From Eubacteriales bacterium (GTDB lineage Bacteria; Bacillota; Clostridia; Oscillospirales; CAG-272), in NCBI GenBank assembly GCA_045128735.1, contig JBGVRT010000005.1, positions 7,843 through 71,842 on the forward strand: a stretch of DNA of 64,000 bases, in the 5' to 3' direction. The translations under genes and the position numbers were made by a program. Positions within the stretch are counted from its first letter, which is position 1. The number at the start of each line of letters is the position of its first letter. The notes under the pieces were generated by a model, which did no database searches, was not told the DNA's origin, and saw only the letters and a list, made by a program, of their open reading frames with translations. Shown here in pieces: positions 1 to 10,033 of this stretch.

Positions 1-216
1 GCAGAAAACGGAAAATCTGCAACTGTTACGGTGTTAGTTACTCCGGAGCAGGCAGAACTGCTTGCACAGTATAATAGCGTTACATCTCTTCACTTTGCCC
101 TTGTATACCGAGGCGATAAGGAAAAGGCAGATGCCTTTATTAAGGTTCAAGACGATTATTTGAAAAACAATCCCATCGTCAATGAGCCGACCGAGGAGGC
201 AGAAACAAATGAGTAA
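1..216 (+). CDS. C-terminal end of a CpaB/RcpC-like Flp/Tad pilus assembly protein (5' end outside window)
   Basis: Frame 1 is open from base 1 (AENGKSATVTVLVTPEQAELLAQ...). The LVTPEQAxxLA motif is typical of the CpaB C-terminal region. The gene lies directly upstream of TadZ/CpaF/TadB/TadC-like genes. Confidence 0.45.
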   Translation, partial: AENGKSATVTVLVTPEQAELLAQYNSVTSLHFALVYRGDKEKADAFIKVQDDYLKNNPIVNEPTEEAETNE

Positions 217-949
217 AATGATAGCAGTATGGGGCGCGCCGAATTGTGGTAAGACCACGTTTTCAGTAAAACTCGCCGAAACAATTTATAGAAGTTCCGG
301 AGGAAAAAGTGCTGTTATCGTTGTATTTGCTGATAGTCTGACGCCTACGCTTCCCGTTGTCTTTCCAAATCACAAGAGCGAGGAGGTGTTCTCTGTGGGG
401 GCAATTCTTTCAAAACCCGATTTCTTTGCAGATGATGTGGTTTCCAATATCGTTATGTTGAAAAACAAAATGAATCTCGGCTTCCTTGGTTATAAAGAAG
501 GAGAAAACATTCATTCTTATCCAACCTATACAGAAGCCAAGGCAAACTATTTCTACGATACGTTGCTCGGCATCACCGACTATATTATTGTGGATTGTAT
601 GTCAGATCCCGATGGAAACCATCTTACGCGAGTTGCGCTTGAGCGAGCTGATAGTACGGTTAGATTATCGGCACCCGATCTCAAATGTATCAGTTATCAG
701 ATGTCCCAGCAAATGATATTTGCGGCAGCAGGTCTTATGAAGGCGGGAGATCTTCTTGTAATGAATATCCCCCGTGAAGAACTGAACATGGCGGCACAGG
801 ATGCTAAGCATCATCTCGGCAGAATTACTGCGACACTTCCGTTCAGTCCCGCACTTGCGGAACAATATATGGAAGGAAATATGGTTTTGCCACTTAAAGA
901 CAAAAGGTATACACAAGCATTGAAAGAGATTGCGGAAAGGTTGGTATAA
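209..949 (+). CDS. ParA/MinD-superfamily ATPase, TadZ/CpaE-like
   Basis: Deviant Walker A IAVWGAPNCGKTT near the N-terminus. GGAGG lies about 9 nt upstream of the ATG at 209 (track ORF begins at 182). Positioned between the CpaB-like and CpaF-like genes. Confidence 0.6.
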   Translation: MSKMIAVWGAPNCGKTTFSVKLAETIYRSSGGKSAVIVVFADSLTPTLPVVFPNHKSEEVFSVGAILSKPDFFADDVVSNIVMLKNKMNLGFLGYKEGENIHSYPTYTEAKANYFYDTLLGITDYIIVDCMSDPDGNHLTRVALERADSTVRLSAPDLKCISYQMSQQMIFAAAGLMKAGDLLVMNIPREELNMAAQDAKHHLGRITATLPFSPALAEQYMEGNMVLPLKDKRYTQALKEIAERLV

Positions 950-952
950 GCT

Positions 953-2266
953 ATGGCAGTTATCGAATTATCCTCGCTTGTACCGCTGTGTCAAAGCTTT
1001 ATTGCACGAAATTATTCCGCAGCGATCATCGACAAAAGTAAAACCGAGGAACTGAAGGCGTATATAGGTAAATACCTTTACGATACAGATTATTCGGTTG
1101 TTGGCTTTGATACAAAAGAGCTTGTGGAAAGACTCTTTGAAGAAATGGCGGAATATTCGATTCTGACAAAACATCTTGCCGATCCCGATATTGAGGAAAT
1201 CAACATTAACGGTTGGGACGATGTGGCTTTGACACATCTTGACGGAAGAATTGAAAAAGCAAATGAGCATTTCTTTTCCCCGACACACGCAATTGACATC
1301 GTAAAAAAATTGCTTCAGCATTCCGGAATGATTATTGATAATGCTGCACCTATCGCTCAAGGTCATCTTCCAAACAATACCCGTGTAACAGCACTCAAAG
1401 AACCTATTGTGGATACTAATCGAGGAATAGCGGTGTCTATTCGTATGCTTCACCCGCAACGAGTGGATCGTGAAAGTCTGCTTCAAACAGAATCACTTAC
1501 CGAAGAAATGTTGTATTTTCTTGAGGTATGCTTGCGGTACGGAGTGTCATTTGTCGTGGCAGGAAGAACCTCGTCCGGCAAAACTACTCTTCTTAACAGC
1601 TTACTTGGCTCAATTCCGGACGGTAAGCGTATCTACACAATTGAAAGCGGTGCCCGTGAATTGTCTTTGATAAAGAGAGACCAAAACGGCAAGGTAGTCA
1701 ATAACGTAGTTCACACCTTGTCCCGCCCCTCCGACAAAGAAGCGTATGACATATCACAAGAAGATCTTGTAATGGCAGCGCTCAGATTTGACCCTGATAT
1801 TATTTGTGTCGGTGAGATGAGAGACGCAGAGGCGCATTCCGCGGTAGAAGCAAGCTCAACCGACCACACTGTTGTAACTACCGTTCACGGTGGCGGCGGC
1901 AGATATGCCCATCGCAGAATCGCGTTCTTGTCTCAGCGCAGATTTCCAATAGATATGAAAATATCAATGCAACAAGCGGCGCTTGCCTTTCCCGTGGTCG
2001 TGTTTGCCCATAAGCTCGAAGACAATAGCCGTAAGGTAATGGACATTTCAGAATGTGTAGTCCACGACGATGGCGAGCTTGAGTATCGAACCTTATATCG
2101 TTACAAGATCAACAGCAATGAGTATAAGGATGGGCGTTTCCATATCATAGGTGAATTTATCAAAGAAAATACTCCCTCGGACTACCTCTGCACGAAGCTG
2201 TTGCGTGGCGGCATTCCACAAGAAATTCTCCAAAAATTCAATAAAGAAGGAGGAAATACAACTTGA
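953..2266 (+). CDS. cpaF: CpaF/TadA-type (VirB11-superfamily) secretion ATPase
   Basis: Walker A GRTSSGKTT, Asp box/Walker B DPDIICVGEMRD and His box TTVHGG. The 437-aa size is typical of Tad ATPases. Confidence 0.8.
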   Translation: MAVIELSSLVPLCQSFIARNYSAAIIDKSKTEELKAYIGKYLYDTDYSVVGFDTKELVERLFEEMAEYSILTKHLADPDIEEININGWDDVALTHLDGRIEKANEHFFSPTHAIDIVKKLLQHSGMIIDNAAPIAQGHLPNNTRVTALKEPIVDTNRGIAVSIRMLHPQRVDRESLLQTESLTEEMLYFLEVCLRYGVSFVVAGRTSSGKTTLLNSLLGSIPDGKRIYTIESGARELSLIKRDQNGKVVNNVVHTLSRPSDKEAYDISQEDLVMAALRFDPDIICVGEMRDAEAHSAVEASSTDHTVVTTVHGGGGRYAHRRIAFLSQRRFPIDMKISMQQAALAFPVVVFAHKLEDNSRKVMDISECVVHDDGELEYRTLYRYKINSNEYKDGRFHIIGEFIKENTPSDYLCTKLLRGGIPQEILQKFNKEGGNTT

Positions 2267-3189
2267 TTGCTTTATATATTATTGCCTTTGTTCTTGCAGT
2301 CGTCGGTATCATATTTGTTTTGAAGATCACACCGGAGCAAATAAACAACGACATTACGGATCTGTTCGGCAAAGAGGAAACGCTGAAGGATAAATCGCTG
2401 AGCGCACGTGGCAAGAAAAAGAAAAGCAAAATTTTACTTGAACTTGAGCACTTGCACCGAGCATTAAAGGAAACGGGAAAAGAAAAGCAATTTTCATTTG
2501 CTTGTGCGCTGTCGGCACTTTTAATGGTTGCCGGCTGTGTAATTGCAATTGCGATTGATAATGTTTTCTTGATTCCTGTACTTGCCGTGGCATTTGCGAT
2601 ACTGCCGTTTGCATATCTTCACAAAGCCATTGCAATCTATGAGGAAAGAGTCAAGACCGAGCTTGAGTCGGCGCTTTCTCTTATTACAAGCTCCTATATC
2701 AGAAGCGAAAATCTTGTTGCAGCAGTTGAGGATTCCATTCCTAATCTGCATCCACCGCTGAAAAGTGTATTTGAGAGCTTTTTGACCGAGGCATCTGTCA
2801 TTTCTCCCGATATTCGTCAGGCGATTTATCATATGAAGGATAAGGTCAAGAACGATATCTTCAAGGAATGGTGTGATGCTTTAATTGCTTGTCAGAATGA
2901 CAGAGTTCTCATTGACATTCTTCACCCCATCACCAAAAAGCTAAACGAGGAGCGTGTCGTAAATAACTCGCTTCGCACAATGCTTTCCGAGGCACGCCGA
3001 GAATATTGGATGATGGTAATGCTCGTTCTTGCAAACATCCCACTCCTTTACTGTATCAATAAGAGTTGGTACGATTCTCTGATGCACACCACTTTTGGCA
3101 AAATCGTTCTTGCCATCAGCGGCGTGGTGATTATTATAACGGCAATCCGTATGAACAAGCTTACAAAGCCCATAGAATACAAACGCTAA
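2263..3189 (+). CDS. TadB-like inner-membrane platform protein (T2SS-F family, putative)
   Basis: TTG start overlaps the cpaF stop, preceded by AGGAGG. It has an N-terminal TM, a central soluble part and a C-terminal TM cluster. It is the first of two similar about 300-aa proteins after CpaF, as in tadB/tadC. Confidence 0.5.
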   Translation: MIALYIIAFVLAVVGIIFVLKITPEQINNDITDLFGKEETLKDKSLSARGKKKKSKILLELEHLHRALKETGKEKQFSFACALSALLMVAGCVIAIAIDNVFLIPVLAVAFAILPFAYLHKAIAIYEERVKTELESALSLITSSYIRSENLVAAVEDSIPNLHPPLKSVFESFLTEASVISPDIRQAIYHMKDKVKNDIFKEWCDALIACQNDRVLIDILHPITKKLNEERVVNNSLRTMLSEARREYWMMVMLVLANIPLLYCINKSWYDSLMHTTFGKIVLAISGVVIIITAIRMNKLTKPIEYKR

Positions 3190-3201
3190 GGAGGATTGAT
3201 T

Positions 3202-4074
3202 ATGGTAATATTTCAAATTATGATCGGTCTTTTTGTTGCAATAGGTGTTGCGTTCGTTTGGGCAGACGTTGTAAAGCTCCCCACGATGAAGGCGTCAAAG
3301 GCGGCAAACAACCTCGGAAAAAAAGGAAACAAAAAAACAAGCACCATTGACATCTACCTAAAAAACATTTCGGCAAAGCTGGCTGAAAAGATAAGGCTTA
3401 ACGAATACAAAAAAGACCAACTCGCAACTGATCTTAAAACAGCGGGACTTAACATTACTCCCGAGGCGTATGTATCGGATGCGATTGTAAAGTCTGTAGC
3501 AATAGGCCTGCTTGCAATTCCCGCGTTCTTTATTGTTAAAATTCTTGGCTTATTTATCATTTTTGTGGCTGTTGTAATGTATTTCAGCGAAATGAAAAAG
3601 GTCAGCAAGATGATTATCAAAAAGAAACAGAAGATTGAGTATGAGCTGCCACGTATGGTTTCTTCCATAGAAAAAACGATGAAGCACCAAAAAGGCGTTG
3701 TTTATGCTCTTGAAGCGTTCAAAGATACGACTTGCCCCGAGTTAAAGGAAGAGCTTGAAATCACAATTGCGGATATGCGTTCCGGCAGTGAGTTTGATGC
3801 CCTTTCGAGGCTTGAAAGCAGAGTTGGTTCACACGATATGCTTCTTGTGACCAAAGGATTGCGTGGAGCTTTGTACGGAGATGATATGTCTGTCTATTGG
3901 GCAACGATCTCTCTCCAACTATCTGCCGCACAGCAAGAAAAGCTCAAGGAACAAGCCCTTGGAGTTCCCAGAAAGGTGCGAAAGCTTTCCATGGCGCTTT
4001 TATTCTGCTTCATACTCATCTACGTAGCCGTGCTCGGTCAAGTTTTGCTTGGCTCAATGGGCACGCTGTTCTAA
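3202..4074 (+). CDS. TadC-like inner-membrane platform protein (T2SS-F family, putative)
   Basis: ATG at 3202 lies 7 nt after AAGGAGG (track start 3196 is TTG). The topology matches the preceding protein, and it is second of the pair. Confidence 0.5.
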   Translation: MVIFQIMIGLFVAIGVAFVWADVVKLPTMKASKAANNLGKKGNKKTSTIDIYLKNISAKLAEKIRLNEYKKDQLATDLKTAGLNITPEAYVSDAIVKSVAIGLLAIPAFFIVKILGLFIIFVAVVMYFSEMKKVSKMIIKKKQKIEYELPRMVSSIEKTMKHQKGVVYALEAFKDTTCPELKEELEITIADMRSGSEFDALSRLESRVGSHDMLLVTKGLRGALYGDDMSVYWATISLQLSAAQQEKLKEQALGVPRKVRKLSMALLFCFILIYVAVLGQVLLGSMGTLF

Positions 4075-4087
4075 CGGAGGTGAGCAT

Positions 4088-4498
4088 ATGATAAAAGCAC
4101 TAAAAAACAAAAAAGGTGAGGGTTATATCGATGTAGCGGTGGCGGTTCTCGTCATCGCTTTTATATTGGTGATCGTCATTAGTATTTGGTCGATGGTAAC
4201 GCTCAAGCAGGATATGAACTATATGTGCAACGAGCTTCTTGAAATTGCCACAGTCACGGGAAAGATCGGGCCGGAGGTAGAGGCAAGATTTGTTGAACTG
4301 TGTGCTGAGGTTGGCTTTACCCCAACGGTAGCTTTTTCGGCAAACTATTTTGAAACAGCATCAGGAAAGGTACAGCTTGGAGACGTAATTTCATGCACCC
4401 TTTCAACCGAAATGACCTTTATGGGCTTTGGGGGCTTTGAACTCCCATTCGATGTAACGGTCACTCAATCGGGATTATCCCGAATTTATTGGAAATGA
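4088..4498 (+). CDS. Pseudopilin-like protein (DUF4320/TadE-like, putative)
   Basis: N-terminus MIKALKNKKGEGYIDVAVAVLVIAFILVIV: a basic leader, then G-x-x-Y, then a hydrophobic helix, like class III prepilin/pseudopilins. GGAGG precedes the ATG at 4088. Confidence 0.5.
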   Translation: MIKALKNKKGEGYIDVAVAVLVIAFILVIVISIWSMVTLKQDMNYMCNELLEIATVTGKIGPEVEARFVELCAEVGFTPTVAFSANYFETASGKVQLGDVISCTLSTEMTFMGFGGFELPFDVTVTQSGLSRIYWK

Positions 4499-4499
4499 G

Positions 4500-4982
4500 G
4501 TGGTTATTATTAACGCTCTCAGAAACAAAAAAGGATTTAGCTACATCCTTGTATGCGTCATTATTATTTTTGTAGTAATGGTCGTATTCGTAGCTATGCA
4601 ATACGCTTATGTTTATCATATCGCAGAGGAACAGAAAAACGAAACACAACTAAAGCTGGATGGTTTTGTCACAAGAACGGCGGTGGAACAATACGATGCG
4701 CTGAAACAAGGTGAGGCGTGGGTAGATTACGTTGACAGAAACGATCTTGTTGACGGAGCCTATTACTTGCTCGGCTTCCCAACGATCATTACCTTGGAAT
4801 ACCGAGAGCCAATCGCCGTTGCAGGCAAATATTATATGTCAAGACCGACAATATATGCCCTTGCGGGAGATGCCTTCGGTGTCTACGTTCAGTATGAGAT
4901 TGAAATACCGTATGATCTGTTCGGGCGTGAGTTTTCTGTTGTTGTTCCCATTGAAATGGTAAGCAGATATGTAGTCAAATAA
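4500..4982 (+). CDS. Second pseudopilin-like protein
   Basis: N-terminus (V)VIINALRNKKGFSYILVCVIIIFVV parallels the previous gene (ALxNKKGxxYI plus a TM). GTG start immediately after the upstream stop. Confidence 0.45.
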   Translation: MVIINALRNKKGFSYILVCVIIIFVVMVVFVAMQYAYVYHIAEEQKNETQLKLDGFVTRTAVEQYDALKQGEAWVDYVDRNDLVDGAYYLLGFPTIITLEYREPIAVAGKYYMSRPTIYALAGDAFGVYVQYEIEIPYDLFGREFSVVVPIEMVSRYVVK

Positions 4983-4992
4983 AGGAGGAAAT

Positions 4993-5322
4993 ATGAGTAG
5001 AACGCAAAAAATCATTTTCTGTGTTGTGGGTTTGCTCGGTGCTGTTGCCATCATAATCGGCGGAATAGTTTTATCGTCGGATGATGATAAAACTCCCGAT
5101 GAAACCGATCCCCCTGCAATTTCAGATACAAACGACGAGACAAGCGCTCCCGTCGTTCCAGATATCAGACCAAATACCAATGACGATAAAAAACAGCACC
5201 AAGACCGTCCCGGTGATATTCATATCGACATTGAAGAAAAGAACGAAGAATCTACAAGGAATGAGGATCCTGCCGTTGAAGGTGAGGTAGTAATCATTCC
5301 GGGTGTTAAGGAGGACGACTAA
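4993..5322 (+). CDS. Small membrane-anchored acidic protein, unknown function
   Basis: AGGAGG precedes the ATG. One N-terminal TM (IIFCVVGLLGAVAIIIGGIVL) is followed by a D/E/P/T-rich tail. The stop overlaps the start of the adhesin gene. Confidence 0.4.
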   Translation: MSRTQKIIFCVVGLLGAVAIIIGGIVLSSDDDKTPDETDPPAISDTNDETSAPVVPDIRPNTNDDKKQHQDRPGDIHIDIEEKNEESTRNEDPAVEGEVVIIPGVKEDD

Positions 5323-8300
5323 TGAGAAAACACTTTTCTAAGATAATAGCGATGCTTTTGGTTGTCATAACCTTGGTATCACTTTGCGTTGTGCCTGCTT
5401 CTGCTGCGGGCAGTTATCCTATGAGCTGTTCCATTTATTATAAGGATGAAAGCGGTAAGCAGGTAGCGACAACCAAGACCTTCTCGATGAACGCGGCAGA
5501 TACCACCGCACAGCAGACGAAATATTATTCGCCTACTGTGTCGGGTTATGCGCTTAAAAACAGTAGCGATTCGTATGTAACCTACGCGATGATGGACAAG
5601 AGCTTTCCCGCCTCTAACTACGTTAGAAACGGTACTGCGACCTACACCGTATATTACGTTAAGACCGCAAGCTCGACGATCACCTATCAGTATGAAGATA
5701 GAAGCGGTACGGCAGCCCCCACAAAGACGGTAACGGGTAAGCAGGGTGCGAGCTTCTCCGTAACCTCGCCTACTGTTACGGGCTACACGCCGAACAGAAC
5801 TACCGTAACGGGAACTTACGGTGATGGTAACCACAGCGTTTATTACTATGAGAAATCCTACACCATTTCCTACAATGCAAATGGCGGTAGTGGAGCGCCG
5901 AGCTCTCAGACAAAGTGGCATACCACCAACCTTACACTTTCCTCAACCAAGCCTACACGCACGGGTTATACCTTCCAAGGTTGGAGCACTTCAAGCAGTG
6001 CAACAAGTGCATCGTATAGCGCGGGAGGAACATTTTCAACCAATGCGAATACAACTTTGTATGCGGTGTGGGCAAAGAACAAATACACCATTTCCTTTAA
6101 TGCTAATGGTGGTAGCGGTGCTCCCTCAAGTCAGACCAAAACCTACGGGCTTGATCTTACGCTGTCATCCACAACGCCTACGCGAAGCGGATACACCTTT
6201 AAGGGATGGGGAACCTCAAGCTCCTCGACAACTGCATCTTATCAGCCGGGCGGGAAGTACACTTCCAATTCGTCTGCAACCTTGTATGCGGTTTGGGAGA
6301 GTAACGCCCCAACGACCTATACTGTAAGTTATAACGCAAACGGCGGTAGCGGCGCGCCTGCAAGCCAGACAAAGACTCACGGAGTAACACTGACACTCTC
6401 CTCCACAAAGCCGACAAGAAGCGGATATACCTTCCTCGGTTGGTCAACCTCAAGTTCTGCCACAAGCGCATCGTATAGTGCGGGTGGTTCTTATTCTACC
6501 AACGCATCTTGCACGATGTATGCCGTATGGTCTTGTAGCCATTCATCTACTTCACAGCACTATGTCACGGGGTGTGATTGGGAGCGTACTTGTAATAACT
6601 GCGGAGTTGTAACCGCGACAGGTACTACCCACGGCCCGTATAGCTACAGCGATTGGGTATATTATTCCACAAGTCAGCACCGTAGAACCAAGAGCTGTGA
6701 TTACGGTGATTATTCCACCTATGAGTACGGCTCTCACTCCAAGACTACCGAATACGAGCAATACAGTTCTACGCAGCATAAGTATTATAGTTATTGCTCC
6801 ACTTGTGCTTCTATGATCGGCTCTGCAAGCTACGAGGCACACGATTTCACAAGCACTACCTCGGGAGGTAAGACCGTATCGGTTTGTAACGATTGCGGCT
6901 ATACCAAAGAGACAGTACAGACCTATACCGTTAGTTATAACGCAAACGGTGGTAGCGGTGCGCCGAGTTCACAGACCAAGACCTACGGTGTAACTCTTAC
7001 ACTTTCCTCGGTAGTTCCTACCCGAAGCGGTTATACCTTTATGGGTTGGGGTGCTACAAGCTCTTCTACTTCCGCATCTTATTCTGCGGGCGGTAGTTAT
7101 ACCAGCAATTCATCTATCACTCTTTACGCAATTTGGAGCTGCCCTCATTCTTCCGCAACACAGAACTATGTAACGGGTTGCGATTGGCAGAGAGTTTGTA
7201 ACACTTGCGGAACTATCCTTTCTACGGGAACTACACACGGCCCGTACACGTATTCGGCGTGGGAGTATTATTCTACAAGTCAGCACCTCAGATATAAAAA
7301 CTGTGACTACGGTGATTATTCCGAGGCACAGTATCAAGGTCACTCTCTCACTACCAAGTTTGAGCAGTACACTGCATCACAGCACAAGTATTATTCATAT
7401 TGCTCAGAGTGTGACAGTATGGTAGGAACCTCTAATACCGAAGCACATTCCTTTACCTCAACCGAGAGTAACGGAAATATCATCTATACCTGCTCCGAGT
7501 GTGGATATTCCTATTCTGTGAAGAAAACCTATACCGTTTCCTTTAACGCAAACGGCGGTATCAATCCTCCCTCAAGTCAGACGAAGATACACGGTGAAAC
7601 CTTGACGCTCTCTTCTTCTGTCCCCACAAGGGACGGATATGATTTCAAGGGTTGGTCTACTTCAAGCTCTGCGACGAGTGCGACTTACGCGGCAGGCGGC
7701 AGTTATACCTCTAATGCAAATACAACGCTCTATGCTGTGTGGCAAAAGACGATCTTTACTGTGTCGTATAATGCCAACGGAGGTAGCGGTGCGCCTGCTT
7801 CACAGACAAAGACAATCGGGCAGAGTGTAACGATCTCCACGGTTCAGCCTACAAGGACTAATCACGCCTTTATGGGTTGGGCAACGTCGAGTACGGCAAC
7901 CACCCCCGAGTATTACGGCGGCGAGATCTATTATGCCGATGCTTCTGTTACTCTTTACGCAGTATGGATCGAGCGAAACTACGACTTCTCGGTATCCAAC
8001 CTTTCAATCACACCCACTGAGGTTTATCAGTACGAAAAGGTAGGTATTACCTTCAGAGCAGACAGTTGGGATAAGAATCTTCCTTACGACGATATTCCCG
8101 TCGAGGTACTGTTGAATGGCTCCGTTATCTATTCCACCACGGTGGATTTTGTAAAGTACGGAGTTCAGAACTTCACTTTAGACCTTAACATAGGAGCACT
8201 TCTCGGTCAGCAGACCATCGTTGTGCGAGTGAATTGGGCAGACCACAATAATGAAACGAGAACCACAAACAATTCTGTATCTACAACATTCAATGTTAAG

Positions 8301-9278
8301 AAGCTCATTGAAACTGCCACCCAGAGTGTAACGGTCAATGGAGAGTATGTCGAAGGCTTTGAGGTTATTTCGACCTTCTACGTGACCAATGAAGCAGCAA
8401 GCGATATTATTCCGAGCGATGGCGTATCATTCGATTTCGTTGTTTATTCAATGAATGGTAGCTCTCAGAATGTTGTAAGTCAGCAGACTTGGGAGAACGT
8501 AGTTATCCCTGCAAACGGAACAAACCTCGTGTATTTTAAGTGGCGTGTACCCGCAGGAAGTGCAGGTACGACCTACTTCTGTAAGGGCACGATCAATCCC
8601 GGCAGAATGGCTAACGAGAGCAACAGCGCAAATAACACCACCGAGTTTGCCGTATTAGCACAAAGCATTGCTACCTCTCAAACGCCAAACACGCGGTATG
8701 AAGACAAAGCACCATCAGGATATAACGCAAACGTCACCGCCCCCACAACAAAAGCAGGCACAGCCACTTGGAATATGTGGGTATATGAAGGCGGTAGACT
8801 TGTTCTGAAAAATTACGGTATTTCGGTAACGAGCGTAAATCCCGAGGTTTCGCCGAGTGCAAATTGTTCGACTGCGATAAAGGTCGGAAACGTATGGACA
8901 ATGAAATCGGGATATGGAATCACGCTGAATTGGGCACCCAATATCGTGTCTAAGTCCGGCTGTGTAATGCCGAGCAGCGATGCCTATACCTCACCTCAAA
9001 ACGTCTATGCAACCTTTTCGGAGTTTGGATATTCAACGGCAAGCGATAAATACAGGACGCTTGAATCAGTCGGCGGCTCATACAAGTTTGAAGCAAACGC
9101 TGATGCCGATGGTAACGAGCGTTTGCACTTCATCCCCGTTTATGTAGAAAACGGCAATTATATTGTATCTGTTACGGCAACACAGATATGGACACCGGCA
9201 GGTATGATTACTGCAACAAGAAATACGAACACGATCAATATAGACGGTACGATCTATGACGATTGGTATCAGGGATAA
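5322..9278 (+). CDS. Large secreted repeat adhesin: MucBP-like N-domains, six Listeria-Bacteroides (Flg_new) repeats, two Cys/His-rich modules, CARDB-like C-terminal domains
   Basis: Signal peptide MRKHFSKIIAMLLVVITLVSLCVVPASA. Six copies of Y/FT(V/I)S(Y/F)NANGG...TRxGYxFxGW...TLYA(V/I)W. Two about 130-aa modules each carry 9 conserved Cys. C-terminal segments end in NNS/ANNT motifs like CARDB. No LPXTG at the C-terminus. Confidence 0.8.
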   Translation: MRKHFSKIIAMLLVVITLVSLCVVPASAAGSYPMSCSIYYKDESGKQVATTKTFSMNAADTTAQQTKYYSPTVSGYALKNSSDSYVTYAMMDKSFPASNYVRNGTATYTVYYVKTASSTITYQYEDRSGTAAPTKTVTGKQGASFSVTSPTVTGYTPNRTTVTGTYGDGNHSVYYYEKSYTISYNANGGSGAPSSQTKWHTTNLTLSSTKPTRTGYTFQGWSTSSSATSASYSAGGTFSTNANTTLYAVWAKNKYTISFNANGGSGAPSSQTKTYGLDLTLSSTTPTRSGYTFKGWGTSSSSTTASYQPGGKYTSNSSATLYAVWESNAPTTYTVSYNANGGSGAPASQTKTHGVTLTLSSTKPTRSGYTFLGWSTSSSATSASYSAGGSYSTNASCTMYAVWSCSHSSTSQHYVTGCDWERTCNNCGVVTATGTTHGPYSYSDWVYYSTSQHRRTKSCDYGDYSTYEYGSHSKTTEYEQYSSTQHKYYSYCSTCASMIGSASYEAHDFTSTTSGGKTVSVCNDCGYTKETVQTYTVSYNANGGSGAPSSQTKTYGVTLTLSSVVPTRSGYTFMGWGATSSSTSASYSAGGSYTSNSSITLYAIWSCPHSSATQNYVTGCDWQRVCNTCGTILSTGTTHGPYTYSAWEYYSTSQHLRYKNCDYGDYSEAQYQGHSLTTKFEQYTASQHKYYSYCSECDSMVGTSNTEAHSFTSTESNGNIIYTCSECGYSYSVKKTYTVSFNANGGINPPSSQTKIHGETLTLSSSVPTRDGYDFKGWSTSSSATSATYAAGGSYTSNANTTLYAVWQKTIFTVSYNANGGSGAPASQTKTIGQSVTISTVQPTRTNHAFMGWATSSTATTPEYYGGEIYYADASVTLYAVWIERNYDFSVSNLSITPTEVYQYEKVGITFRADSWDKNLPYDDIPVEVLLNGSVIYSTTVDFVKYGVQNFTLDLNIGALLGQQTIVVRVNWADHNNETRTTNNSVSTTFNVKKLIETATQSVTVNGEYVEGFEVISTFYVTNEAASDIIPSDGVSFDFVVYSMNGSSQNVVSQQTWENVVIPANGTNLVYFKWRVPAGSAGTTYFCKGTINPGRMANESNSANNTTEFAVLAQSIATSQTPNTRYEDKAPSGYNANVTAPTTKAGTATWNMWVYEGGRLVLKNYGISVTSVNPEVSPSANCSTAIKVGNVWTMKSGYGITLNWAPNIVSKSGCVMPSSDAYTSPQNVYATFSEFGYSTASDKYRTLESVGGSYKFEANADADGNERLHFIPVYVENGNYIVSVTATQIWTPAGMITATRNTNTINIDGTIYDDWYQG
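5859..7967 (+). repeat. In-frame tandem and interspersed coding repeats (six Flg_new-type units; two Cys-rich modules at 6531-6920 and 7137-7526)
   Basis: The repeated peptide units are directly visible in the translation of 5322-9278. Confidence 0.8.
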
Positions 9279-9288
9279 GGAGATGTCT

Positions 9289-10032
9289 ATGGGCGAAGAA
9301 AAAACAAACAATGTCTTGATTCCAATGAAGCTTGAACGGTTAGCGCTATGGACGGAACGAAGCTTATTCACCGAGCAAGGCGAAGCGGAAAAAGGCTTTA
9401 TGGGATATGTAAAAGGCAATTTTGAGGACACGATTCGCCGTATGGATAACGTGGCTTGGTTGCGAAAGGTTGATGATTCATCCGCTTTTCACAATGAGTT
9501 TGAAGCCCTTTTTCATTTTCTTGAAAGCAAGGCTGCGGGATATGTACTCCGTAGCCTTGCAGACAGTACGAAATTCTGCAAAGACAAGCTGCACGAACAT
9601 ATCCCGTATTCCTTTGGGCGTGAATGTTGGGGGTGGCGTGTTATGACAAACGAGTACGTTTGGTATATCGCACTTACCCCTTGGAATACCAAGCACAGCT
9701 TTATGTTGTACTGTTATCACAGAAAAATGCTGATGAGTGCCCTTGCAAAAGCGAAAGGACTTCCCGAAACCTGTTACGGTGTACTGATTTATACGGGTGA
9801 GTGTATCCGTATTCGCTTTGGCGCGGACCGCTACGAGGCACTGCCTCAATTTTCAAACAAAGCACTTGAAAATCGAGGATATGCAAACGAGCAGAATGAA
9901 GCAAGCGGCATTACACCTGCACAAGTCGCGGCTATGGAGAATGGTGTTATTTATGGGTGGGATTCTCCTTATGCCAATCCCAACAACTATGATTTTAACG
10001 GTCATTATTGTATAGCTGAAATGGAGGGATAA
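9289..10032 (+). CDS. Hypothetical protein (conjugation-operon member)
   Basis: AAGGAG lies about 7 nt upstream of the ATG at 9289 (track start 9256 overlaps the adhesin gene). Co-oriented and tightly packed with its neighbours. No motif recognised. Confidence 0.4.
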   Translation: MGEEKTNNVLIPMKLERLALWTERSLFTEQGEAEKGFMGYVKGNFEDTIRRMDNVAWLRKVDDSSAFHNEFEALFHFLESKAAGYVLRSLADSTKFCKDKLHEHIPYSFGRECWGWRVMTNEYVWYIALTPWNTKHSFMLYCYHRKMLMSALAKAKGLPETCYGVLIYTGECIRIRFGADRYEALPQFSNKALENRGYANEQNEASGITPAQVAAMENGVIYGWDSPYANPNNYDFNGHYCIAEMEG

Positions 10033-10033
10033 T

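Noticed and set aside
5379-7830. Several 60-180-aa ORFs in other frames or on the other strand inside the adhesin gene (for example 5379-5921 minus and 5821-6327 plus).
   Set aside because: They lie embedded in a continuous 1318-aa repeat protein with a signal peptide. Their translations are Arg/Cys-rich, typical of off-frame reading of repeat DNA.
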